Translations under genes and position numbers: made by a program
Shown here: one piece after another, positions 17,762 to 24,104 of the stretch
Layout: every line of letters starts with the position of its first letter
Position numbering within the stretch: position 1 is the stretch's first letter
Virus record (IMG/VR): IMGVR_UViG_3300005805_000110
Coordinates: 1-56,093 of that record
Length of the DNA: 56,093 nt
Source: a virus
Lineage: Duplodnaviria > Caudoviricetes
Strand: one strand, 5' to 3'
Notes under the pieces: model-generated
Told to the model about the DNA's origin: nothing
The model's input: the letters and a program-made list of their open reading frames with translations, nothing else
Databases searched by the model: none

Positions 17762-18237
17762 TGGCAACTTACAAAGCAGAGATTAAAACAGTTCCGACTG
17801 GTACAGCATACACAGTTACCGTAGAATCAGGTTCTATGTCAACTGCAAAGCAAGAGATTGAGCATCTATATGATCCTATCTACATTCGCAATTTGCGTGA
17901 AGCAAGAGGAGGAAACTCATCAGGATCTGGTGTTGGTGATGTAGGTGGAACTGTAGGTCTGATTGGATTAGTTGCTGCTGCGTGGGCGTTTGTATCATTT
18001 ACTCCATGGATTTTGATGGGTTTAGGTGGTGCTGCTGGTCTATGGATTGGTGAGAAAGTAACAGGACAAAGTGTAGAAGAATATACAACAAGAGGAGATG
18101 ATAAAGGTCATACAAAGGCAGCAATCGTTCTTGCATTGACATTACTTGCTGGTGGATTTGGTTTTGTCAAAGGTGATGAAATCAAGAAAGGATTTGATGC
18201 TCCTGATGCACCTACACAAGTGCAATCTGCCAAGTAA
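17758..18237 (+). CDS. membrane protein
   Basis: Gly-rich hydrophobic segments. Confidence 0.65.
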   Translation: MMATYKAEIKTVPTGTAYTVTVESGSMSTAKQEIEHLYDPIYIRNLREARGGNSSGSGVGDVGGTVGLIGLVAAAWAFVSFTPWILMGLGGAAGLWIGEKVTGQSVEEYTTRGDDKGHTKAAIVLALTLLAGGFGFVKGDEIKKGFDAPDAPTQVQSAK

Positions 18238-18240
18238 CTT

Positions 18241-18269
18241 AACTGGGCCCTTGAAAGTGTACCAGTAGT
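18241..18269 (+). promoter_or_regulatory. 29-bp cassette element copy 8
   Basis: exact consensus. Confidence 0.92.
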
Positions 18270-18289
18270 ATAACCACTGTTTCCCTGTT

Positions 18290-18457
18290 ATGTTCGTTTC
18301 CTGGTCTTGTGCTCCTAAGTCTAATCCTGAGGATCGCGAGTTCTTTACATCTGAAGATAATGCTGTTGATGTAGCATTTGATTGGAGTGTTGATCTTCAT
18401 GGCGAATCAATCATTGTGTTTCGTAATGATACTCAATGGATGGAAGTTACTGCCTGA
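18290..18457 (+). CDS. small hypothetical protein (55 aa, single-gene cassette, not in ORF track)
   Basis: MFVSWSCAP...WMEVTA between two elements. Confidence 0.65.
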   Translation: MFVSWSCAPKSNPEDREFFTSEDNAVDVAFDWSVDLHGESIIVFRNDTQWMEVTA

Positions 18458-18461
18458 TAGC

Positions 18462-18490
18462 AACTGGGCCCTTGAAAGTGTACCAGTAGT
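18462..18490 (+). promoter_or_regulatory. 29-bp cassette element copy 9 (followed directly by ATG)
   Basis: exact consensus-ATG. Confidence 0.92.
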
Positions 18491-18730
18491 ATGAGCACTG
18501 AACAAATGACTGAAGTTTTTCACTACGCTACCAACTGGAAAGAAGGTACGGTCCGCCAAATGTTCATTCAGCAAGTAACACCTGAATGGCAAGAATGCGA
18601 TCACAAATATGTTGCGATTGCTGTCAATCCAGAGAAGAACACTAGCATGGTGGTGAGCAAGCCACGCTCACATTATGATACTCTTCAGTGGGTTCGTCGC
18701 TGGTGTGGTTCATTCTCTCTGCTGTATTGA
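18491..18730 (+). CDS. hypothetical protein
   Basis: 79-aa ORF starting at the element edge. Confidence 0.65.
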   Translation: MSTEQMTEVFHYATNWKEGTVRQMFIQQVTPEWQECDHKYVAIAVNPEKNTSMVVSKPRSHYDTLQWVRRWCGSFSLLY

Positions 18731-18897
18731 TTGATTATGATTACACTTGCTATTGGTGGAGTTATTGTCACCATATTCTGCACCATGTTTTATCTTGAGG
18801 ATCGCGATGGTGGTGGTCTTTATGATCCCGACCCATCTGCATCTTACCGTTACAAAAACTCAAAAACAAAAGTTTAAAGTTACTCACCTCTTATAGT

Positions 18898-19080
18898 ATG
18901 ACCAACACTTCTAACCCCTACGTTCAAAACCTGATTGAGATGGGTTATGACGAGAAAGACTGCCAAATGGTAGCATCTGCGGGTGTTAAGAAACAGTTTC
19001 CTCTTAACATTCACGGTCGAGTTTACAACACTGAAGCTGAGTATAAAGAGGCACTTGCTGACTTTATCAACGGACTCTGA
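18898..19080 (+). CDS. hypothetical protein
   Basis: NPYVQNLIEMGYDEKDC; preceded by ttatagt-ATG (degenerate element end). Confidence 0.6.
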   Translation: MTNTSNPYVQNLIEMGYDEKDCQMVASAGVKKQFPLNIHGRVYNTEAEYKEALADFINGL

Positions 19081-19084
19081 TAGT

Positions 19085-19113
19085 TATTGGGCCCTTCAAA
19101 GTGTACCAGTAGT
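19085..19113 (+). promoter_or_regulatory. 29-bp cassette element copy 10 (followed directly by ATG)
   Basis: tattgggcccttcaaagtgtaccagtagt-ATG. Confidence 0.9.
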
Positions 19114-19281
19114 ATGACTGAAACATTCACCGTCCGTTTCGTATCCGATGCACTCAATTCTCCTGAGTACATTGGACCTTTCTACTCTGAAGATGATGCC
19201 CAAGATTATGCTGATGACCGCAACAGTTCTTTAGCATTATCTGGTGTTCCTTCCTGGGTTGCTTGTTACTCTGTTGTTTGA
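19114..19281 (+). CDS. small hypothetical protein
   Basis: MTETFTVRF...YIGPFYSEDDAQDYA. Confidence 0.6.
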   Translation: MTETFTVRFVSDALNSPEYIGPFYSEDDAQDYADDRNSSLALSGVPSWVACYSVV

Positions 19282-19287
19282 TTGATT

Positions 19288-19437
19288 ATGACTACCAAAA
19301 CTTGGGTTGTTAAACTTGAGATTGTGATTGATGAGAATACTCATCCTCGCAAGTTTATTCCCGATGCTATTGCTGAATGTCTGAATCTTGAAGAAGGTGA
19401 AGACATTATTGATTACAACTTTGTGTGTCTTAATTGA
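19288..19437 (+). CDS. small hypothetical protein (49 aa, not in ORF track)
   Basis: MTTKTWVVKLEIVIDENTHP... Confidence 0.5.
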   Translation: MTTKTWVVKLEIVIDENTHPRKFIPDAIAECLNLEEGEDIIDYNFVCLN

Positions 19438-19444
19438 TTCTGAA

Positions 19445-19585
19445 ATGAGAATTGCATTTTTGATTGCAACTTTAGCACTTGGACTTAAGGTATGTCTAGC
19501 AGCAAATGCTACCACCAATGAGTATCAGGAACAGCAAGCTGATCGTTTCTGTGAAGTTAATCCTAACTATTGCACCGCAAAGTGA
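19445..19585 (+). CDS. small signal-peptide-like protein
   Basis: MRIAFLIATLALGL...FCEVNPNYC. Confidence 0.55.
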   Translation: MRIAFLIATLALGLKVCLAANATTNEYQEQQADRFCEVNPNYCTAK

Positions 19586-19758
19586 AACAAACTCTCATCA
19601 AACCAACTATTCTCAAGATCAACAATCGTCTTGTGAAGAAATACGAACCCGTACAAAAACCGGTTAATTCCTGGGCAGAGATTAGTCGTCGAATTGATGA
19701 ACTTTTTGATCAATCTTTGGATGATTATACTCTACTCCACAAACCTCACAATGAGTAT

Positions 19759-19787
19759 TATTGGGCCCTTGAAAGTGTACCAGTAGT
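19759..19787 (+). promoter_or_regulatory. 29-bp cassette element copy 11 (followed directly by ATG)
   Basis: tattgggcccttgaaagtgtaccagtagt-ATG. Confidence 0.9.
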
Positions 19788-19973
19788 ATGACAAGCAACC
19801 AAGATCAAATGTTTATTCTCAACGACACTGCAAAGAAAGATCCAGCAGTGCAACTTGCGATGGCAAACTATGTCAAACAGTTGAAGCGTGAAGAAGCACG
19901 TCGGCAAGCAATTCTGTCTGGAGAATATATTCCTCATCCCGAAACTGTTTGGAACATCTCTGACCGCGATTGA
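19788..19973 (+). CDS. hypothetical protein
   Basis: 61 aa ending WNISDRD. Confidence 0.6.
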   Translation: MTSNQDQMFILNDTAKKDPAVQLAMANYVKQLKREEARRQAILSGEYIPHPETVWNISDRD

Positions 19974-20114
19974 TGTCACGGAGACTAACATTCAGATCAC
20001 CTTCTAAAGTGAAGACAATTCTATTGATTTTTGCTGTTGCGTTTATACTCTCACCAGGAGTTCGCAACACTACTGCAAGCACATTAAACACTGTAGCAGA
20101 CATTATTCAACCAA

Positions 20115-20255
20115 ATGATTGAGACTGATTTTTACATTTTGACTAGCAAACAGTATCAAGAGTTTTGTATTGAAGCACAGAAGATTGGTGTAAGTATTGA
20201 TTACTTTCTCGATGAGTTTTGTGATGTGATTGGACCATACATCTGCAATGATTAG
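20115..20255 (+). CDS. small hypothetical protein (46 aa, IDYFLDEF family, not in ORF track)
   Basis: EAQKIGVSIDYFLDEF; stop abuts the element. Confidence 0.55.
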   Translation: MIETDFYILTSKQYQEFCIEAQKIGVSIDYFLDEFCDVIGPYICND

Positions 20256-20284
20256 AATTGGGCCCTTGAAAGTGTACCAGTAGT
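20256..20284 (+). promoter_or_regulatory. 29-bp cassette element copy 12 (followed directly by ATG)
   Basis: aattgggcccttgaaagtgtaccagtagt-ATG. Confidence 0.9.
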
Positions 20285-20572
20285 ATGAACATCACTGACC
20301 TCTACGACAGCATCAAACTCAGCGAGCAGATTGCTCTCGAAAACTATCAACAACTCAACGGTGTTGTTGATTATCGGTTGCCTGGAGTTTGTAACCATTA
20401 CTTCGCAAAGTACGATTTGAATGGTACACGAGATGGCGAAGTTTGCCTGACTTGTAAGGTTAGCAAGACTGTAAAAGGACAGTTGCGTTATACCTTCCAA
20501 ATCAATGGTAAGCGTATTGCAGAGAAGCAAATCGCTGCTGAGTTTAATGCTCTCGGTGCTTTCACTAACTGA
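20285..20572 (+). CDS. hypothetical protein
   Basis: 95-aa ORF starting at the element edge. Confidence 0.65.
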   Translation: MNITDLYDSIKLSEQIALENYQQLNGVVDYRLPGVCNHYFAKYDLNGTRDGEVCLTCKVSKTVKGQLRYTFQINGKRIAEKQIAAEFNALGAFTN

Positions 20573-20593
20573 TTCCAACTACACTGACACAAA

Positions 20594-20800
20594 ATGACAT
20601 TTACTGAACAACTGATTGCAAAAGGTTATGTCTTCAATGATGAGGATTATGATGGTTGTTATGTAAAGGAAGATGCTGATGGTTTCATTCATCTTTATCA
20701 GGAGAATGAGGATGATGAGACTGATACTCTCTGGAATTATGTAAAGATGACTGAGGATTATGATGTCATCGAAGAAAAGACTTTCACTGCTCCTAACTGA
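20594..20800 (+). CDS. acidic hypothetical protein
   Basis: D/E-rich 68 aa; stop abuts the element. Confidence 0.65.
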   Translation: MTFTEQLIAKGYVFNDEDYDGCYVKEDADGFIHLYQENEDDETDTLWNYVKMTEDYDVIEEKTFTAPN

Positions 20801-20829
20801 AACTGGGCCCTTGAAAGTGTACCAGTAGT
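20801..20829 (+). promoter_or_regulatory. 29-bp cassette element copy 13
   Basis: exact consensus. Confidence 0.92.
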
Positions 20830-20864
20830 ATAAGCACACAACCAACCACTTCTAACTAACACAA

Positions 20865-21050
20865 ATGACTAACACTTTTAACCGCGAAGAACTTGTTGAA
20901 GCATACATCGACCGTTTGCTTGACAACATGAGCACCAAAGATTTGATGCGTATTGTTGGTGATCAAATGGAAGAAAATCTCACCAGTTATACTGACGAAG
21001 AGTTAATCTCTGAAGTTCAAGAATACTACCCTGACCTGATTGAAGGTTGA
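20865..21050 (+). CDS. acidic hypothetical protein (single-gene cassette)
   Basis: NREELVEAYIDRLLDNM...EVQEYYPDLI. Confidence 0.65.
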   Translation: MTNTFNREELVEAYIDRLLDNMSTKDLMRIVGDQMEENLTSYTDEELISEVQEYYPDLIEG

Positions 21051-21054
21051 TAAG

Positions 21055-21083
21055 AACTGGGCCCTTGAAAGTGTACCAGTAGT
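21055..21083 (+). promoter_or_regulatory. 29-bp cassette element copy 14
   Basis: exact consensus. Confidence 0.92.
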
Positions 21084-21104
21084 ATCACCACTGAACTTCC
21101 CACA

Positions 21105-21416
21105 ATGCGCAAGATCGAAACACAAATGAATCGTGCAATCTCCCAAGAGATTGATTGGAAAAAGGATAACACTGAAGTTATCAACATTGAAGGTGTAAGT
21201 TTCGTCTATCTGTATAGCAATCTGATTGCAATGGTAGGTGATACCTGGCTTGAATTGTTCGATGGCGGACATCAAACAAACACTACGAAATCACGTTTGA
21301 ATGCTATTCTCTCAGAGCACGGCAATAGCGAGTATGTGTATCAAAAGAACTTCAACTGGTTTGTGTCTACTAAGTATGGCGACATTCCTTTCGGTAATGG
21401 TATCAAACTGAACTGA
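21105..21416 (+). CDS. conserved phage hypothetical protein
   Basis: MRKIETQMNRAI...DGGHQTNTTKSRLNAIL...YQKNFNWFV. Confidence 0.75.
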   Translation: MRKIETQMNRAISQEIDWKKDNTEVINIEGVSFVYLYSNLIAMVGDTWLELFDGGHQTNTTKSRLNAILSEHGNSEYVYQKNFNWFVSTKYGDIPFGNGIKLN

Positions 21417-21419
21417 GTT

Positions 21420-21599
21420 ATGAACGATCAACTTCAGCAAATCTGCCTAGACAAAGCACAACAAATCGCAAGTGAAATCAACGGTGATTTGTATTATGTT
21501 CCCCAAGAAGATATTGATCAACTGTTATCTCAACTCACTGAAGATAATGTAGAAGAGATTGCTGAAGATCTTGCAGAATTAGCACACTGGTTTAACTGA
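21420..21599 (+). CDS. small acidic protein (59 aa, not in ORF track)
   Basis: MNDQLQQICLDK...ELAHWFN. Confidence 0.55.
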   Translation: MNDQLQQICLDKAQQIASEINGDLYYVPQEDIDQLLSQLTEDNVEEIAEDLAELAHWFN

Positions 21600-21605
21600 A
21601 ACTTC

Positions 21606-21791
21606 ATGACTTGGTATATTCAAATTCAAGACAAGGATAATAATGTTCTTGTACTCAATCATGCACTCGGAGAATATAAGAAGTATTCCAAACGAATTGA
21701 TAACAAAGCAGATCAAATCGTAGCACAATTCCCATCAGCACATCGTTGGGAAGTAAGACCAAATCCTTATACTCACAAAGCAATTCTCTGA
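21606..21791 (+). CDS. hypothetical protein
   Basis: 61-aa ORF. Confidence 0.55.
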   Translation: MTWYIQIQDKDNNVLVLNHALGEYKKYSKRIDNKADQIVAQFPSAHRWEVRPNPYTHKAIL

Positions 21792-21997
21792 TGAAACCTT
21801 TTCTGAACATTACGTTTGCGATTGAACTCTTTGTGCTTACTTGTCTTGCTACAGTAGCAGTCAGAGCAGAATCAAACAGTAATGAAAACGTCAATAAGTT
21901 CTGTGCTTATGTTGTAGGAATACCCTATGCTAGTGATAACTTTACTGATGAAGAATGGCAAAGGTTTGTATATTGTAGAGATAAGTTGAGTGATTGA
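21791..21997 (+). CDS. small secreted/membrane protein
   Basis: hydrophobic N-terminus, FCAYVVGIPYASDNFTDEEWQRF. Confidence 0.55.
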   Translation: MKPFLNITFAIELFVLTCLATVAVRAESNSNENVNKFCAYVVGIPYASDNFTDEEWQRFVYCRDKLSD

Positions 21998-22075
21998 TTA
22001 TATGCCTTTTTTTGCTGATTTAATGCTTAAAATGTTAGGAAATGAATAAAAAAGCCTTTTTTAATTATAGCTAAG

Positions 22076-22118
22076 TTTTCAACATAGTTGTGGAAAAGTA
22101 TGTTGAAACTGTGGAAAA
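22076..22118. promoter_or_regulatory. cluster of cyanobacterial-type DnaA boxes
   Basis: TGTGGAAAA (=TTTTCCACA) at 22089-22097 and 22110-22118; near matches TTTTCAACA 22076-22084 and TGTTGAAAC 22101-22109. Confidence 0.55.
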
Positions 22119-22125
22119 AGACTTC

Positions 22126-22224
22126 TTAAATCCTCTGAGACCTGGTAACTTATGTGCTTTAAATGTGCTGAGACCTAGCAACTTATGTCTTTTAAATCCT
22201 CTGAGACCTTGTTATCTTTGCGTG
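22126..22224. repeat. three tandem 33-bp repeats
   Basis: ttaaatcctctgagacctggtaacttatgtgct / ttaaatgtgctgagacctagcaacttatgtctt / ttaaatcctctgagaccttgttatctttgcgtg. Confidence 0.9.
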
Positions 22225-22225
22225 C

Positions 22226-22254
22226 AAGCTATCACACATCCGCACAAATGTCAA
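22226..22254 (-). promoter_or_regulatory. leftward sigma70-type promoter pointing into the repeats
   Basis: minus strand TTGACA-N17-TAGCTT. Confidence 0.5.
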
Positions 22255-22327
22255 GCACCCCCTGATCAGAAAATCCACACAGACACCTCAAAAAGTATAA
22301 GCACTTCTCATAAATACTCTGAACTCC

Positions 22328-22356
22328 TTGACACCTATCTGCAGGCATCTTATACT
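22328..22356 (+). promoter_or_regulatory. near-consensus sigma70 promoter
   Basis: TTGACA-N17-TATACT, then GGAG and ATG 22386. Confidence 0.8.
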
Positions 22357-22385
22357 ATCTACAGTAACACTCACGGAGCACACTT

Positions 22386-22559
22386 ATGTCAGTTGCGTAT
22401 CGTCAGGCACAGAGAGTTAAGTATCGTGTGACCTTAGAGCTAGAAGTATTTGAAGACATGAATCCACATCAAATTCAGTGGGACAGAGTACTAGACCTCG
22501 AACCTGCTGAGAAGTGTGAGGCATATGTAGAGGACTTAAGTACACCTGACCGCTGGTGA
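22386..22559 (+). CDS. small hypothetical protein (57 aa, not in ORF track)
   Basis: MSVAYRQAQRVKYRVTLELEVFEDMNPHQIQW...; promoter and SD present. Confidence 0.7.
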   Translation: MSVAYRQAQRVKYRVTLELEVFEDMNPHQIQWDRVLDLEPAEKCEAYVEDLSTPDRW

Positions 22560-22567
22560 GTGAGTGT

Positions 22568-22596
22568 TACTGGGCCCTTGAAAGTGTATCAGTAGT
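22568..22596 (+). promoter_or_regulatory. 29-bp cassette element copy 15
   Basis: tactgggcccttgaaagtgtatcagtagt. Confidence 0.9.
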
Positions 22597-22619
22597 ATAA
22601 GCACCGCACTCAAAGATTC

Positions 22620-22823
22620 ATGAGTTCCGCACTTCAACTGATCGAACTGATTGATGATCTTAAGGCAGAGGGCTTGAGTCCTAAAGTAACAGTGCTGCCC
22701 TCTGCAGTACGTTATACTCGCAAGTCTGTTTTAGGCGTCAAGATGAGAGCATCACGTCGTCGCAGTGGTAAAGCTCAGATGCAGGATTGCAACAAGTTTT
22801 ATCACTCTTCTGGCCACAACTGA
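22620..22823 (+). CDS. basic hypothetical protein (single-gene cassette)
   Basis: 67 aa between two elements. Confidence 0.6.
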   Translation: MSSALQLIELIDDLKAEGLSPKVTVLPSAVRYTRKSVLGVKMRASRRRSGKAQMQDCNKFYHSSGHN

Positions 22824-22827
22824 TAAC

Positions 22828-22856
22828 AACTGGGCCCTTGAAAGTGTCCTAGTAGT
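22828..22856 (+). promoter_or_regulatory. 29-bp cassette element copy 16
   Basis: aactgggcccttgaaagtgtcctagtagt. Confidence 0.9.
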
Positions 22857-22876
22857 ATAAGCACAACACTCAAACG

Positions 22877-23122
22877 ATGACTGTCACTTACCAACGCAAT
22901 CTCCTCTCCACTGAGTATAATGGTTGGGAGAATTATGAGACCTGGAATGTTGCTCTGTGGATCAACAATGATGAAGGTTTGTATCACCTAGCAATGGAGT
23001 GTGGTGATTATCAAACCTTCTGTGATTGTGTCGGTTCTGATGCAGTAACTGGTGATGGGGTTAAGTATAATGACCCCAAGGTAAATGTGGTCCAACTGAA
23101 TAGCGATGTGTTCGATTTCTGA
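22877..23122 (+). CDS. conserved phage hypothetical protein (YNGWxNYETW family)
   Basis: YNGWENYETWNVALWINNDEGLY. Confidence 0.75.
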   Translation: MTVTYQRNLLSTEYNGWENYETWNVALWINNDEGLYHLAMECGDYQTFCDCVGSDAVTGDGVKYNDPKVNVVQLNSDVFDF

Positions 23123-23142
23123 CCTTAAGTATCACTCACTCC

Positions 23143-23331
23143 ATGTTCGTTTCTAACACTGAGACCCGCGCATTCTTCGTTCAACAAGCAAAGTCTGGTA
23201 GGTGGAATGTATGGGTCTTTCAGAGAGAAACCGAAGACGGTTACAAGTATTCCGTCAAGCAAACATTGAAGGATCCTGATGATGCTTACTCTTGGGGTCT
23301 AAATTACGTCAACCACATCATTCGTTATTAA
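23143..23331 (+). CDS. hypothetical protein
   Basis: 62-aa ORF. Confidence 0.6.
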   Translation: MFVSNTETRAFFVQQAKSGRWNVWVFQRETEDGYKYSVKQTLKDPDDAYSWGLNYVNHIIRY

Positions 23332-23338
23332 CACTCAA

Positions 23339-23500
23339 ATGACACAATCACGCACCGTCACCTTCACTAACGTACAAGACAATGTGGAGCGTACTGTAGA
23401 GTTTCCCACTATCAATCAAGCAATGCAATTTGTCAGCACTTTGCATATCGCTGGTGTGCAAGCAGTAGTTAATCTTCTCCCTGAAGATATCGCTGCCTGA
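23339..23500 (+). CDS. small hypothetical protein (53 aa, not in ORF track)
   Basis: MTQSRTVTFTNVQDNVERTVEFP... Confidence 0.55.
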   Translation: MTQSRTVTFTNVQDNVERTVEFPTINQAMQFVSTLHIAGVQAVVNLLPEDIAA

Positions 23501-23567
23501 TATCACTCACTCCTGTCGCATGAGTATAAACTAGGCACTCACAGTTCACTACACTCTCTTCTTCATT

Positions 23568-23708
23568 ATGTCCAAGCAAGTGATGATCTCGATGCTGGCT
23601 CAAGGTAACACTGGCAGCGAAATCTTGTCGATCCTTGATACACTCATCTCTGATAATGTATCGGAGGAAATGTATAACGAACCGACTGCAGATGTGATCG
23701 AGTTCTGA
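23568..23708 (+). CDS. small hypothetical protein (46 aa, not in ORF track)
   Basis: MSKQVMISMLAQGNTGSEILSILD... Confidence 0.55.
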   Translation: MSKQVMISMLAQGNTGSEILSILDTLISDNVSEEMYNEPTADVIEF

Positions 23709-23709
23709 T

Positions 23710-23830
23710 AGTCTACTGTGCGTGCCTTGCTTGACTGTGAGGCACGCATATGTTAGACTTTATGCGTGCACTTATTCGGCAGTGTTTTATGCCGTTCGTT
23801 TATAGCGCCGCGCGGCGTTGCGTATATAAA
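23710..23830 (+). other. structured non-coding region with embedded promoter and GC palindrome
   Basis: stem TGCGTGCCT/AGGCACGCA; TTGACT-N17-TAGACT; CGGCA/TGCCG; CGCCGCGCGGCG. Confidence 0.6.
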
Positions 23831-23907
23831 AAAGCACCACTACTGTAACCTACAGAGGTGACAAATCGACCAAGCTATATCAATCTCATAAAAAAATTCC
23901 CGGAAGT

Positions 23908-24069
23908 ATGACAGCACTCAAAAACCGCCGACAGAGAGTACCTTACTGGAATTTTTGGAGAGTGATACTTGCAGGTTGGATAATCAGGTATCCAAAGACA
24001 ATGAGTAGAGTGGTACTAGTACCTCTTGGATTTTTGATTGTATTGATATATAATGCAAGTAAGAATTAG
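23908..24069 (+). CDS. small membrane protein (53 aa, not in ORF track)
   Basis: PYWNFWRVILAGWIIRYP...LGFLIVLIY. Confidence 0.55.
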   Translation: MTALKNRRQRVPYWNFWRVILAGWIIRYPKTMSRVVLVPLGFLIVLIYNASKN

Positions 24070-24104
24070 AATTTCTTACAAAAAATTCCGGAGATATTTT
24101 TCAT

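Larger units (their letters stand above)
9637..22856 (+). repeat. dispersed 29-bp direct repeat family (16 clear copies) delimiting small-gene cassettes
   Basis: consensus AACTGGGCCCTTGAAAGTGTACCAGTAGT; starts at 9637, 11975, 13069, 13561, 15657, 16008, 16962, 18241, 18462, 19085, 19759, 20256, 20801, 21055, 22568, 22828. Confidence 0.97.

Noticed and set aside
11962-19113. Track starts at 11962, 13557 and 19087 (LGPLNCT / GPSKCT N-termini)
   Set aside because: These extensions read through the element; starts at 12010, 13590 and 19114 are more plausible.
22090-22431. 113-aa ORF with 11-aa repeats
   Set aside because: GTG start without SD; overlaps the DnaA boxes, two promoters and the better-supported ORF 22386; likely a by-product of the 33-bp periodicity, though not excluded.
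9637-22856. CRISPR array interpretation of the 29-bp repeats
   Set aside because: Intervals are about 0.2-2.3 kb, variable and protein-coding; no cas genes in the window.
9637-22856. Classical integron attC sites or sigma54 promoters
   Set aside because: No RYYYAAC...GTTRRRY inverted structure and no integrase seen; GG-to-GC spacing in the best copy is 11-12 rather than 10, and cyanobacteria lack sigma54.
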